NCBI GenBank assembly: GCA_019058245.1
Contig: JAHPZJ010000013.1
Coordinates: 297,166-361,165, forward strand
Source of the DNA: Promethearchaeota archaeon
GTDB taxonomy: Archaea; Asgardarchaeota; Lokiarchaeia; Sigyniarchaeales; SOKP01
Length of the DNA: 64,000 nt
Direction of reading: 5' to 3'
The notes beneath the pieces are model-generated. The model searched no databases. It worked only from the letters and a program-made list of their open reading frames with translations, and was not told the origin of the DNA. The position numbers and the translations under genes were made by a program. This document shows, piece by piece, positions 1 through 10,800 of the stretch (position 1 is its first letter; the number at the start of each line of letters is the position of its first letter).

Positions 1-10
1 AGAAAATAAA

Positions 11-1099
11 GTGTTTTTCTATGAAAATATGAAATACTTACGAGTTATAATGGATAAATCAGCAACTCAAATTCAGAAAAATAAGCAACTCAGTGAACGG
101 GAACTCATTATGGAGGAATTTCGGGAGGAAATCTTCGAATTTGCTAGTGAAGTAAAAGATCCTTTTTCTACTAGAAGACATATCAAAATTCTTCTTGTAG
201 GATTAGATAAAGCGGGTAAATCAAGTTTTTTATTTGGGATTAAGAGGAAATATTCTGAAATTATTAAATCTATGCCAACAAAAGGTGTCGAAAGATCAGA
301 AGAAAACATTTTTGAGGAACAGAATTCCCAAATTTCAGTTTGGGATTTAGGAGGGCAACAACAATATCGAGAGAAATACCTAGAACAGAGTAAAATATAT
401 TTGTATAATGTCGATCTAATATTTTATTTTATTGATATTCAAGACGTTGCCAGAATTGATGAAACTATTGAATTGTTTAGAAGAATCATAAATAAACTTA
501 TAGATTTCGAAGAATTTCCACCGATTGTTGTTTGTTTAAATAAATTTGATCCTGATCTCAAGGGTTCTAAGGAGATTTTTAAAAATTTAGAAATAATCGC
601 TAATGCAATAGAGTTAAATTCAGATAAATTCTTTATTAAAATTTTCCAGACAAGTATTTTTGACCATTGGAGTCTTATTTCAGCATACTCTTTTGGATTA
701 TCTCAATTAAGTCCTAATCGAGAATTATTCAGGAATCAATTGAAAAAATTTGCAAAAAAAACAAATTCAGATGCTATTCTATTGTTAAATGAAAATGGGA
801 TTATTCTATCAAATTTCTCCAAAACTGATATTTCTGGACAATTATTCGAAGTGAGTGCACCTCACTTTCAATCACTTTACAAGAACTTTAAAGAGTTTAA
901 GTTATTAGAGCAAGATTTTATCGTATCTTCTGGGATAACAGAAAAATCTAAAAAAGTGATCTTTAAGCGAATAACCGTTGAGAAATATAATTTATATTTA
1001 CTCTTATTTTTAGAAAAATCACTTGAAATAGATAAAATAGAAAAAAATTTGCCAGAATTTTCAAAAAACCTTGTTGATTTAATCCATACATATATATAA
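11..1099 (+). CDS. Small GTPase (Rag/Arf-like) fused to a C-terminal roadblock-like domain; probably 5'-truncated by the window edge
   Basis: G1 GLDKAGKSS, G2 PTKG, G3 WDLGGQ, G4 NKFD, Rag-like G5 TSIFD. C-terminal 'SDAILLLNENGIILS' roadblock pattern. The frame is open back to position 2. Confidence 0.85.
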   Translation: MFFYENMKYLRVIMDKSATQIQKNKQLSERELIMEEFREEIFEFASEVKDPFSTRRHIKILLVGLDKAGKSSFLFGIKRKYSEIIKSMPTKGVERSEENIFEEQNSQISVWDLGGQQQYREKYLEQSKIYLYNVDLIFYFIDIQDVARIDETIELFRRIINKLIDFEEFPPIVVCLNKFDPDLKGSKEIFKNLEIIANAIELNSDKFFIKIFQTSIFDHWSLISAYSFGLSQLSPNRELFRNQLKKFAKKTNSDAILLLNENGIILSNFSKTDISGQLFEVSAPHFQSLYKNFKEFKLLEQDFIVSSGITEKSKKVIFKRITVEKYNLYLLLFLEKSLEIDKIEKNLPEFSKNLVDLIHTYI

Positions 1100-1122
1100 A
1101 AAAAAAAAAAGTCAACTTTAGA

Positions 1123-2379
1123 TTAGTAAGATATAATTTCTTTTTTACTTCCCTTTCTTAATGATAAGATTATTGCTAATATAATGACACTTAGTCCTAT
1201 AACTATAAAAATTACAACAAATATAGGAAATGGTTTAACAGGAATAAGATTCGCCTCAACAACTCTGATTTGTATGTTATAATTAGAATCAAAATTATTA
1301 CCTGTGTTCCATCCATATATTGGATTTCCAAATTCGCTAAATATACCTAATGGTGGAAAATAGAAATTAGCCCCTACATTAAGGCTAAATCTAAGAAAAT
1401 CGGTTCGACCAAAATAATCTAATTTTTGATTCCATGTAGGATCACAGGCTATCCATCCAATATTTTGGACATAAAATTCCACCCAGGCATGTCCTAATAA
1501 AGTTGAACTAATTTGATTCGCATTGAATTCCCAAATATTTCCAACTTTTGGTTTTGTCGATGGATTATTAGTTATTAAAAATCCACTGACTTTGCGAGCA
1601 GGAATTCCTTGAATTCTTAATAATGTAATCATTAAACTTGAAAACTCGCTACAATCACCTTGTTTTTGAGTGTACGCTTCTAACGCTCCAATCTCCTGAG
1701 ATGGCATTTCTTCATTATAAGTTAAATAATTAGATACCCAATCACATATTTTTTTTGCTTTCTCTACAGGATTATCTCCAGGACTTACTATACTATTAGA
1801 TTGACTAATTAAAGCAGAACTATTTATTTCATAGTAGGGTTCAGAATAATTACAATATAAGGCGAAGATCTCATCTGATGTATCATAAACTCCAATTTCT
1901 GAGTTATCAATATCTTCAAAAGTTATTGCATTTAGTGTTATATCATAGGTCTGATAAAATGTGACTCTTTCATCGACAGATAATGATGCATTAAAAGTAT
2001 CATACGTATTATTAAACCTATCAATCTGTCCAATTATAGTCTGACTAGGAATATTACCTGTTATACTATTCAAATTAAGTATACTTTCCTGATAGGGTGG
2101 ACAATATGGTGTTAATGGGGAATTAGGCATCCTGTTGTTAAGTCGAGTAAATTTAAAATAATACCTCCCATCCCCTGATTTATGAGTTAAGGTAAAATTG
2201 ACTACTACTTCATAACTTACGTTTTGTATAATATTATAATTAGAAACGCCATTTATTGTAGTAGATAATCGCGGAGAAGTAGTTTTTATATTATTAGATG
2301 TAAGAAAAGATATTCCAATTGAATTTACCAACGGAAAAATAAGTACGTATAAAACTATAAAAATAGATTTTTTCTTCAT
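1123..2379 (-). CDS. Secreted, membrane-anchored transglutaminase-like (Cys-His-Asp) protein
   Basis: Motifs GDCSEFS, GHAWVEFY and W..CDPTW; N-terminal hydrophobic signal; C-terminal TM helix plus basic tail. Confidence 0.85.
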   Translation of the reverse strand: MKKKSIFIVLYVLIFPLVNSIGISFLTSNNIKTTSPRLSTTINGVSNYNIIQNVSYEVVVNFTLTHKSGDGRYYFKFTRLNNRMPNSPLTPYCPPYQESILNLNSITGNIPSQTIIGQIDRFNNTYDTFNASLSVDERVTFYQTYDITLNAITFEDIDNSEIGVYDTSDEIFALYCNYSEPYYEINSSALISQSNSIVSPGDNPVEKAKKICDWVSNYLTYNEEMPSQEIGALEAYTQKQGDCSEFSSLMITLLRIQGIPARKVSGFLITNNPSTKPKVGNIWEFNANQISSTLLGHAWVEFYVQNIGWIACDPTWNQKLDYFGRTDFLRFSLNVGANFYFPPLGIFSEFGNPIYGWNTGNNFDSNYNIQIRVVEANLIPVKPFPIFVVIFIVIGLSVIILAIILSLRKGSKKEIISY

Positions 2380-2529
2380 GTTAAAATCATAGGATTTTGA
2401 AATTTTATATATTAGAAATAATAATCTCTATTTTTAATTTTAACTTTTATAAAAAAGGATAGTAATCATTCATAAGTATGAAGTTTTTTATTTTTTATAG
2501 ATAAAAAAAACTATTTTTCTTCTAAGATA

Positions 2530-3165
2530 TTGATTTATAAGATTTACTTAATTGATGCTGATAATGGGATATCCCTTTTTGAATCAACATTTAGAAAATT
2601 AGAAAAAATCCAAGATGATATTCTAACTGGATTCTTTAAAGCAATAAACACAACCATAGATGTTATTCAAAAATCGATGTCTAAAGGAAGAAGAGTAAAC
2701 GAGATGAATAGAGTTTTACAATCAGAAGATTCTACAATACTTATTTATTATCATCCTCTTTCAAGAATTCTTTTCTGCTCAATTTCTGATGCTGATGACA
2801 ATACTGAAAAAATTGAAGAAGTTACTCATAAAATTGCGAATCGATTTTGGAAGAAGCATCAATCTGATCTTAAAAATTTTAGAGTAACTACAGATAAAAG
2901 CAGATTTCATACTTTAATTGCGGATATTGAAAATTTAACAATTGGAGGACGTATTGCAGAAGTATTTCCTAAATTAATTATTGTTAAAAAAGTATTAGAA
3001 AAAGTTTTGACTATGGGAATGATAGATGATTTAGATTTTAAGGTGGCTATGCAATGCACAGGAAAGAATTCACCTCTAAAAATATCTAGAACTTTAGACA
3101 AAAAGCGAACAGCTATAAATGAAGTTCTGAAGAAATTAGAAGAATTAGATATTATTATGCTCTAA
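2530..3165 (+). CDS. Longin-like domain fused to a C-terminal winged HTH
   Basis: N-terminal 'IYLIDADNGISLF...ILTGFFKAI' longin pattern; C-terminal 'SPLKISRTLDKKRTAINEVLKKLEELDII' HTH pattern. Confidence 0.6.
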   Translation: MIYKIYLIDADNGISLFESTFRKLEKIQDDILTGFFKAINTTIDVIQKSMSKGRRVNEMNRVLQSEDSTILIYYHPLSRILFCSISDADDNTEKIEEVTHKIANRFWKKHQSDLKNFRVTTDKSRFHTLIADIENLTIGGRIAEVFPKLIIVKKVLEKVLTMGMIDDLDFKVAMQCTGKNSPLKISRTLDKKRTAINEVLKKLEELDIIML

Positions 3166-3259
3166 ATTAACTATAAAATCTTTTAAGAAATCGAAAAGAA
3201 TAAAAATTTTCAAGTTTTTTCAAGATTAATTAAGATATTTTTAAAATCATTGATAAATC

Positions 3260-3859
3260 ATGGAAAAAGAACCTTCACTTATAGCTTTAGTTAATAGTCC
3301 AGCAAAAGATGCTCATAAAAGAAAGAGTTCAGGTTTTTCTTTAAAAGAAATTAAAGATGCTGGAAAAAAAATTCAATTATTAAAGAGTTTGAATATTAAA
3401 ATCGACTACTTTCGAAAATCGGCATATGCTACTAATATTGAGACATTAAAATCTCTAGAAAAGCCAAAAGGAAAAAAAAAGAAAAAGAAACCATTTGTTA
3501 TGAAAAAAAGGAAGAGGACACTATTTAAACCTAAAGTAGAAAAGCCTAAAAAAATGCGTAAAGAACCAACTGAAGTAGTATCTGAAATAATTACTGCTAA
3601 ACCAATTTCTAAACCTAAAAAGAAAGAAAAGATAGAACCTGCGGAATTAGAAAAAATTCCATCTGAAACAGTAGGAACTCCATTAACAGAATTATCTGGA
3701 TTAGGTGGAGCAACTGCAAAAAAGTTTATTGATCTTGGAGTTAATAATGTTGAAGATTTATGTAAAGAAAATCCTGAAGAATTGGCCCCCTTAATTAAGG
3801 GAGTCTCTTTAGATAGAATTAAAAAGTGGATAGATGAAGCAAATCAACTAAATAAATAA
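3260..3859 (+). CDS. rpl13e: Ribosomal protein eL13-like domain, Lys-rich linker and C-terminal helix-hairpin-helix (DUF4332-like) domain
   Basis: 'RKSSGFSLKEIKDAG...IKIDYFRKSAYATNIETLK' matches the archaeal eL13 pattern; 'LTELSGLGGATAKKFIDLGVNNVEDL' is HhH-like. Confidence 0.7.
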   Translation: MEKEPSLIALVNSPAKDAHKRKSSGFSLKEIKDAGKKIQLLKSLNIKIDYFRKSAYATNIETLKSLEKPKGKKKKKKPFVMKKRKRTLFKPKVEKPKKMRKEPTEVVSEIITAKPISKPKKKEKIEPAELEKIPSETVGTPLTELSGLGGATAKKFIDLGVNNVEDLCKENPEELAPLIKGVSLDRIKKWIDEANQLNK

Positions 3860-4004
3860 TATTCTCGCTTTTTTATATTTATCTTTTTAATGAATTTAAA
3901 ATTGATTATATGTATTTTTTTCATTAACGAAATTTTTTAAACCATAAATATATTTTAAGAGTAAATTTGTTTCCCGTTTTAAAAAAATATATGAGAAAAA
4001 TGCT

Positions 4005-4499
4005 ATGGAATATAATTATTTTGTGTATAATAAACCAGAATGCAAAATAGCTATTAATAGAATGCCAAAATGGTTCACTGAGGTAGAATACAATGGAGAT
4101 GAGAATCAAGGGACTATCACATTGCATTCACAAAAGGAATATGATGACATTTGGGGACCAGAATCTAAAATGGAGATTAATTGGGAAAAAAAAGATCGAA
4201 TGAACTTTTTTTATTATAAAGAAGTTCAGAATTCTATAGATGTTTATAATGCGATTGGAATAGTAGTCACGGAGAAGAATAGAGACTGGTTAATGAGTCA
4301 TGAGATAACCTTCTGGTATGGTCATCGAAATAAAATGATAAGAAAAAGATTTTACCATGAAAAGGGAATACATTGCATTTTTTATTGTGATATGACTGAA
4401 AGATTATTTAATATTCATACATCTATAATTGGAGATAATTATGAGAATTATAAACCATATATCCTAACTTCTTATAATTCTGTAATTTGTCACGAATGA
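4005..4499 (+). CDS. Hypothetical protein
   Basis: 164-aa ORF with protein-like composition; no motif recognised. Confidence 0.6.
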   Translation: MEYNYFVYNKPECKIAINRMPKWFTEVEYNGDENQGTITLHSQKEYDDIWGPESKMEINWEKKDRMNFFYYKEVQNSIDVYNAIGIVVTEKNRDWLMSHEITFWYGHRNKMIRKRFYHEKGIHCIFYCDMTERLFNIHTSIIGDNYENYKPYILTSYNSVICHE

Positions 4500-5239
4500 G
4501 CAGATTTACGGGCTAAAACGAAAAAATTATCCTTCTCTGTAGGACCACCCGTTATCTTGAATTCAATAATATCAAGCATTTTTAATAATTTTCTAAGTTC
4601 ATGCTTAGAAAAGAAATGATAAAATCTATTAAATGTTTGTTGCTCTTTTGAAAGAGTCCAAGGGATATATTTATCTCCAAATTCTTCCAATCCAATAGTT
4701 TTTTGGTTTTTTCTATAATTCACACTTAATTTTCTTTTGAACCAATCATAGAAAAAATAATTTCGAAATTCTTCTTGCCATTTACGCCATACTGTAAGGA
4801 TTAGATAACCTTTTTTTTTTAATTGGGTATATATCTGTAAGATCGTATTTTTTCTTGTATTATATTTCTTCAAATGATGGAAGCTAGCTATGGAATAAAT
4901 ATTATGAAGAGAATTTTCTCTAAAAGGAGAACTTGTTATATCTCCAAGTATAAGTTGAATAAACTTTGACTCATATTTAGAAAATTGATTAATATCTTTT
5001 AAATTCATTTTAGCTATTTTTATTATTTCAAGAGAGATATCTAGACCTATTAATTTATTGGGAGGCGTATTCATTAATTTGAAATTCCTACCATTTCCAC
5101 ATCCTAAATCTAAAGAAATTCCTCTAAAAGTATAACCTTTCTTTTTTAAATGGTTAAGAAAAAAGATGAGAGGACGCCATGATTTCCTTCGTTTCAAATG
5201 ATAATCTTGTGCAAAATTATTAAAAGAATGGCTCTGCAT
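4490..5239 (-). CDS. Class I SAM-dependent methyltransferase (Trm9/ALKBH8-like tRNA methyltransferase)
   Basis: LDLGCGNGRN, GLDIS, SIASFHHL, 'YIPW...RFYHFFSKHEL' as in the Trm9 family. Confidence 0.75.
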   Translation of the reverse strand: MQSHSFNNFAQDYHLKRRKSWRPLIFFLNHLKKKGYTFRGISLDLGCGNGRNFKLMNTPPNKLIGLDISLEIIKIAKMNLKDINQFSKYESKFIQLILGDITSSPFRENSLHNIYSIASFHHLKKYNTRKNTILQIYTQLKKKGYLILTVWRKWQEEFRNYFFYDWFKRKLSVNYRKNQKTIGLEEFGDKYIPWTLSKEQQTFNRFYHFFSKHELRKLLKMLDIIEFKITGGPTEKDNFFVLARKSAHS

Positions 5240-5479
5240 TGGAAATTCAATCTATAAATGAAAATTTATTATTCCTCGTTTTTTATCCATATTGTACTTA
5301 TGATAGATTAATTAATCTATATTTTTATTAAGATATATTAATGAATTAAATTATTTTCAAATAATAAAGATTAACTATAAAGTAAAAAAAATAAATATAC
5401 AAAAACATAATAAAATTGGAAAAGAAAATAATTTTCAATATATCATACATCAAATAGGTTATTATAAAGAATTTAAGAT

Positions 5480-7120
5480 ATGAAGGAAATCACAGAGATT
5501 CTAACAGATTTTTTTGCAATAATGAAAGATGATATTTTAGAATATTATCATCGAAGTCATTCTTATTTAAAAGATTTAATTTTGTATAAAAAACTTGATT
5601 TAAATAGAAAAACTTCTAATGAACGTGAAAAGAATTTATCTTTAAATCTTAAAAAAATGTTAAAAGCAGTTAGAACAGGATTAAATACAATAGGAGTTCC
5701 AATTAATAAATTAAATAAATGCGAAAAGGATTTTATGGAAACTTTAGATAAAAATAGAGCGGAAATCCAAGATTATAACAATTATTTTCAAATTTATCTA
5801 ACGAATTATGTGAATAAAATATTATTTAATATACTGATTGATTATCTCCTTGAAGTGGATACTAAAAAACTTGAAAATGTAAATATATTTGATCTCTTAC
5901 CTCCATATTTTATTTCAAATTTAAATGATTTCAAGAAGAAACATTTTGATACTCCAGAGACTATTAATCTCTTTAAGCGACAAAATTTTGATAATTATAT
6001 TAATTTTTCAGATTCAACTCTAAAATCAGGAGAAGATTCAGAATTAAACATACTGAAACAATTACGAGAAGCAAAACAAGATATTATTGAGACTTTAAAG
6101 TTGCCTCAAAATGAACTGAATACATTAAAGATGGCCCCTCCCCAAGATAAAGCCATTTTAAAAGAAAAAATTTTACCAAGTAAAACGACTATACATCCAG
6201 AACAAGTTTTGCATACTGAATTAATCAGTAATACTTTCCTTGATTACTTTGGACAATTTCCACCGATTAATATTGATATTACAAATCGGTTTATCATTAA
6301 AAAAGACAATTTAATTAAATCAAAAGAATTCAATAAAGACATTTTCGATTTAGAAAATTTATACCATTATATTGCTATACTAAAAATGTTAAATATAAAA
6401 TTTCCTTTTACTAATGGTGAACTTCTTGGAACTGTTAGAGATTACGTAAATGGGAAGATTTTCAGTTCCTCAAAAGAGGATCTACCAGACTCAAAAAATA
6501 TTTTCTATGGTTTAGCTCTTTTTTCAGAATTAAATTTACTAAACAAAACAGATCTTATCGATCTTCAAAAACTTGAAAAATATCTAAAATCGGAAATAGA
6601 TAATTTCATTCCAGAAAAATTAGAATTTAATCTTTATTTAATACTATGTATAAAACTATTAGGAAAAAACTGTAAAATCAAGTTTAATAGAAAATTAATT
6701 TTGGAATTGCTTTTGAAAATAAATTTATCTACAATAGAAGATTTTATACCAAGTTTAGACATTTTTAACTATCTAGCTCTAATAAAATTATTAGATAAAG
6801 ATGTGAGTCTAGAACAATTCGAAATTTTTTTTACTAATGAGCTCAAGAAATTATTAACATCAGATGGCTCAATTAATGATTCAATAACTGAATCAGCAAG
6901 AGCGTTGCTTATATTTGACCTACTCAATTTAAAAGATCGAGAACCTGAATTATGCAATAAATTATTAAATTATATTTTAAATACTACCGATTTTTTCAGT
7001 AATAATAATCTCGATGAGAATTTTAATTGGCAAAATGATAAATTTGGTTTTAAAATCGAATTAGAAATTTTATATTGGGCTCTATTGGGTAGTTCTCAAT
7101 ATATTTCCAAGAATTCTTAA
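5480..7120 (+). CDS. Hypothetical alpha-helical protein; C-terminal half resembles prenyltransferase/alpha-alpha barrel repeats
   Basis: 546-aa ORF; repeated helical units such as 'DSKNIFYGLALFSELNL' and 'DGSINDSITESARALLIFDLL'. Confidence 0.5.
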   Translation: MKEITEILTDFFAIMKDDILEYYHRSHSYLKDLILYKKLDLNRKTSNEREKNLSLNLKKMLKAVRTGLNTIGVPINKLNKCEKDFMETLDKNRAEIQDYNNYFQIYLTNYVNKILFNILIDYLLEVDTKKLENVNIFDLLPPYFISNLNDFKKKHFDTPETINLFKRQNFDNYINFSDSTLKSGEDSELNILKQLREAKQDIIETLKLPQNELNTLKMAPPQDKAILKEKILPSKTTIHPEQVLHTELISNTFLDYFGQFPPINIDITNRFIIKKDNLIKSKEFNKDIFDLENLYHYIAILKMLNIKFPFTNGELLGTVRDYVNGKIFSSSKEDLPDSKNIFYGLALFSELNLLNKTDLIDLQKLEKYLKSEIDNFIPEKLEFNLYLILCIKLLGKNCKIKFNRKLILELLLKINLSTIEDFIPSLDIFNYLALIKLLDKDVSLEQFEIFFTNELKKLLTSDGSINDSITESARALLIFDLLNLKDREPELCNKLLNYILNTTDFFSNNNLDENFNWQNDKFGFKIELEILYWALLGSSQYISKNS

Positions 7121-7192
7121 AAATATCTCTTTTTTGAAATAGATACTTCTATTAAATTAGGATATATTATAATTTTATTAATATTAGAGTAA

Positions 7193-7804
7193 TTAATAGT
7201 CAGTTATTCTTAAAATCATTGATAAGAATTTTTTTACAGTTGGTTTAAAGTTCCCATTTTTAATTGAATTATTCCATTCTTGTATTATTTTATGATTCTT
7301 TTTTAATTCATGCAATGTTTTTCGACCTATTTCAATCCAGTAATCTTTATCAATAATAGGCGCATCATCTCCTATACCTAGACAATATTTTTTTCCTTTT
7401 TCAGTATAAAAAATATCTATGGCATCGTCATGTCCAATATTTTCTTTATTTAATAAACCAAATGAAAAGGGAAATGTTCGACAAAACATTGGTCTTATAC
7501 TATATATCAAACACTTTTTATCATTTGAATTATAGAAATAGCAACCCCCAAGACTATTTTTAAGTAACCCTACAAATGCTAATCCTCTCTCTGTTTCTAG
7601 AGGGGTAATAATCATTCGTTTTTTATCTGCTGATGTTAAAGGTTTATCAAATTTATAAAATCCTAAAATATCAAGAAGTTCATTCAGATCTAATTCTAAA
7701 CCGTTTTTTATCCTTAATATATCGATATATGTAAGATTAACTATTGTTTTTTTATCCATGCAGCAATTTCCGCATCTAATACAAGTAAATCTTAAAGATT
7801 TCAT
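7193..7804 (-). CDS. YkgJ family Cys-cluster (CxxCxxCC) protein
   Basis: FTCIRCGNCC, GCYFY...KCLIYSIRPMFCRTFPF. Confidence 0.85.
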   Translation of the reverse strand: MKSLRFTCIRCGNCCMDKKTIVNLTYIDILRIKNGLELDLNELLDILGFYKFDKPLTSADKKRMIITPLETERGLAFVGLLKNSLGGCYFYNSNDKKCLIYSIRPMFCRTFPFSFGLLNKENIGHDDAIDIFYTEKGKKYCLGIGDDAPIIDKDYWIEIGRKTLHELKKNHKIIQEWNNSIKNGNFKPTVKKFLSMILRITDY

Positions 7805-7846
7805 AAAAAGTATAGAAGATTAAAAAAAAATTCTTATCTAATTATT

Positions 7847-10800
7847 CTAATTATTTAAGGGTATAATTATTTTTTGCCTAATCAGCGATTCAATTGCCTC
7901 GATAATTAAATTCTTGTTTTCTTCATGGACTAAATCTACTATACTATTCAAATTACTAATTATATTATCTTTTGATATTGATTGAACTACATTTATTACT
8001 CGCATTTCCATTTTCGATAAATTTTTATCTTTTTTCAAAGTTAATAAGTTAATGTTACTAGCTAATTTAAATGAATCCTTATAATATAGCTCAAAGTACT
8101 CATTCAATATTTCTGGGATTAATATTTGAAATTTATCTAAAGAACCATCCCAATTTTCCAATTCTTCTGAAAGTTTTAGATTAAGAGCTAGTATTAGATG
8201 AGATAATTGTTCTTTCAATCTTTCAGAGGATCTTTCCTCAAGAATAATTACTACTCTAAGATCTTCAATATCAGCAATAAGACAATAGAATTGTTTAAAA
8301 TCTAGTTCCATCATTTTTTCCACACCATAACCCTTTTGTTTATCAGTGGATTCACCGTCTATTCCATCTTTTTCGGCAAATTCCTCCCCAATCATAGTTA
8401 TTGCTTGAATAAATCCTGAAAAAAGCTCTTTCTTATGCTTCTCTAAAATAGAATAACTCTGAGAATATATTGGAATGCCACTTAATCTGTGAATTACTAC
8501 AATTGCTTGAACATTCTTTATATCTTTAAATCTCTGAGTTTTTGCGATTAACTTTGCCTCTATTTTACGCTTTTTTGGCATGTAAAAATATGTTCTATAA
8601 CTTAAAGCTCCTAAAACACCTACAATGCTAATTAAAATCCCAATAATACTCCACAATAAATAATTTGGATTTTCAGGTTTATCAACAATAGGTTCACTTA
8701 TAACAACTACAAACGAAGTTTGAGTAGTCTCATAAGTAGAGCCATCAGGAGTTATTATGAGATCAAAAGTATAGGTTCCATTTAATCCTTCTGGCAATTC
8801 AACTTGAGCTTGATAAAATCCAATAGACGTTTCATTCAATGTACCTAATCCATATTTCCATTTATATGTCATAGATGCATTCTCAATTGAAGCATTTGTT
8901 TTTGGATCTAACAAACGTATTTGAATAGTAATAGTTTCTCCAACTTCTGCATTAATAGAATCTTGAAAATTTACAGGATCTATATTTATTTCAATTTGAT
9001 TGATTAAGATTTGAAAACCAAAAGTGGCTGTTCTGTAATTTGGATGTTCAAATTTTAGATATACAAGATTAATTCCTAGAGAAAAATTTTCTGGTGAAAA
9101 GATGATTGATGCATTATACCAGTAATCTAAATTTTCTGAAAGTCTTTTTTCATAATTTTCGCTTATATAGGTGATTGAACCATCAGAGAGAAATTCCTCA
9201 TCTATGTTTGAAATTGCTCTTGCTGAAATATTAAGTGCTTCATTAAACGTAGTTCCTATTGGAGCATTTTCATAAATTTGTTGATAATTTATATAGGCAG
9301 ATAAGTTTACAGATTGTTGAATTATTTGAAATTGATAAGTATAATATTGAGGTTCATATGCAATTGCGGAAAAATTAATGCTTAATTGATAAATACCAAT
9401 CGCATTTATAAATACTGTACTGAATTCAATATTATATACTCCATCTTCGGGATTTTTAATTGTGTATAATGAAGGATTAGCAATACTTATATCTACAAGT
9501 GCTCCATCAATTGGATCTCCATCAAAATCAGTAAGTTTGAATATAATAGTACTGTTAGCATGTAATTCGATGTTATAATCTGATTCTAAAACCTGTAAAT
9601 TAGTTTCTTCTCCTAAATTAATTTCAAGAGTTAAATTACATATAAAAAATCCTAATTTTGAAGAATTTATTACAATATTATATAAACCCCGTGAAAGTAA
9701 ATCACTAGTATCTAGCACAGTTTCATATATCCCTAATGCTGATTCATCAAAGTATCTTGTTCCATCAGTCCAATTGTATGAAATGAGGGAATCAGAAATA
9801 GATAAATTGTTTTCCGCATCTTTCAAGAAGATTCTTATTGGTATAATATCACCTACTAACCCTTCAGTTATTAGATCTAGTTTAGCATCATTAGGTTTTA
9901 ATAATAAGAGTGTACTATTGTGTTTTACTATGAAACTGGAGTTTAATCCTCCTAGAGCCGTTCCATTACTCCAAAATAAAGTATATTCATAAGAGCCTCC
10001 AATTGCATTAAAAGAATTGAATGTTATCTGTGAAAAAGTAACATTTCCATTGCTGGGAAATTTGCTTTCTGTAAAAAAGATCGTTCCATTAGGGTGATAT
10101 ACAATGAGATTAATTTCACTTGTATTGCTAGGGATCATACCTTTATAATCTAATTGAGCTGATATATTAGTAGATTCTCCTGTAGTGAAATTAGCATTGC
10201 TAACCCATTGTCCTTGCTTAATTAATTTTATATTAGAAGAATTTAAATAATTTGGTGATGTTGCTTTAAAAGACCACCATCCTGGAAAAATTGCATTATC
10301 CATATTAATCTTTAAAAATTCATCACCTATTTCTCCACCATCAAAAGAACGAGATTGAAGAGTTGGATCTAAAGCTTCTAAAATTCTCCAATTTGATGGT
10401 TTAAATATTTCAAACTCAAAATCAGTATATTGAGAAGGCATATATAAATTATGGTAAAACTCCCAATAGATTGAACCATTTTTTAGAATTTTATAATTAA
10501 TACCTTCATCATTTAATTGATTAATTTTTGTTGAAGTCCGGTGGTATCCAAATAAACTGGTATTAAGCATGAAACTCAAATTTGGAGAAGTAGTATTAAA
10601 TGTTAAAATTATTGGATTGGAATCCCACATTCCCTCAAGATTTAAAGAACCTGTTCCCCATTCATTGCCATCAATTATATTTTCCTCATATGATAAAGTT
10701 TTAACGACTAAATCAATTCCTTCTTGTGTTGAATTTGCAATAGTGGTTAAAGTAAAAGAAACATTGTCAAACCATATAACTTGTTGAAAAGCATCTAAAT

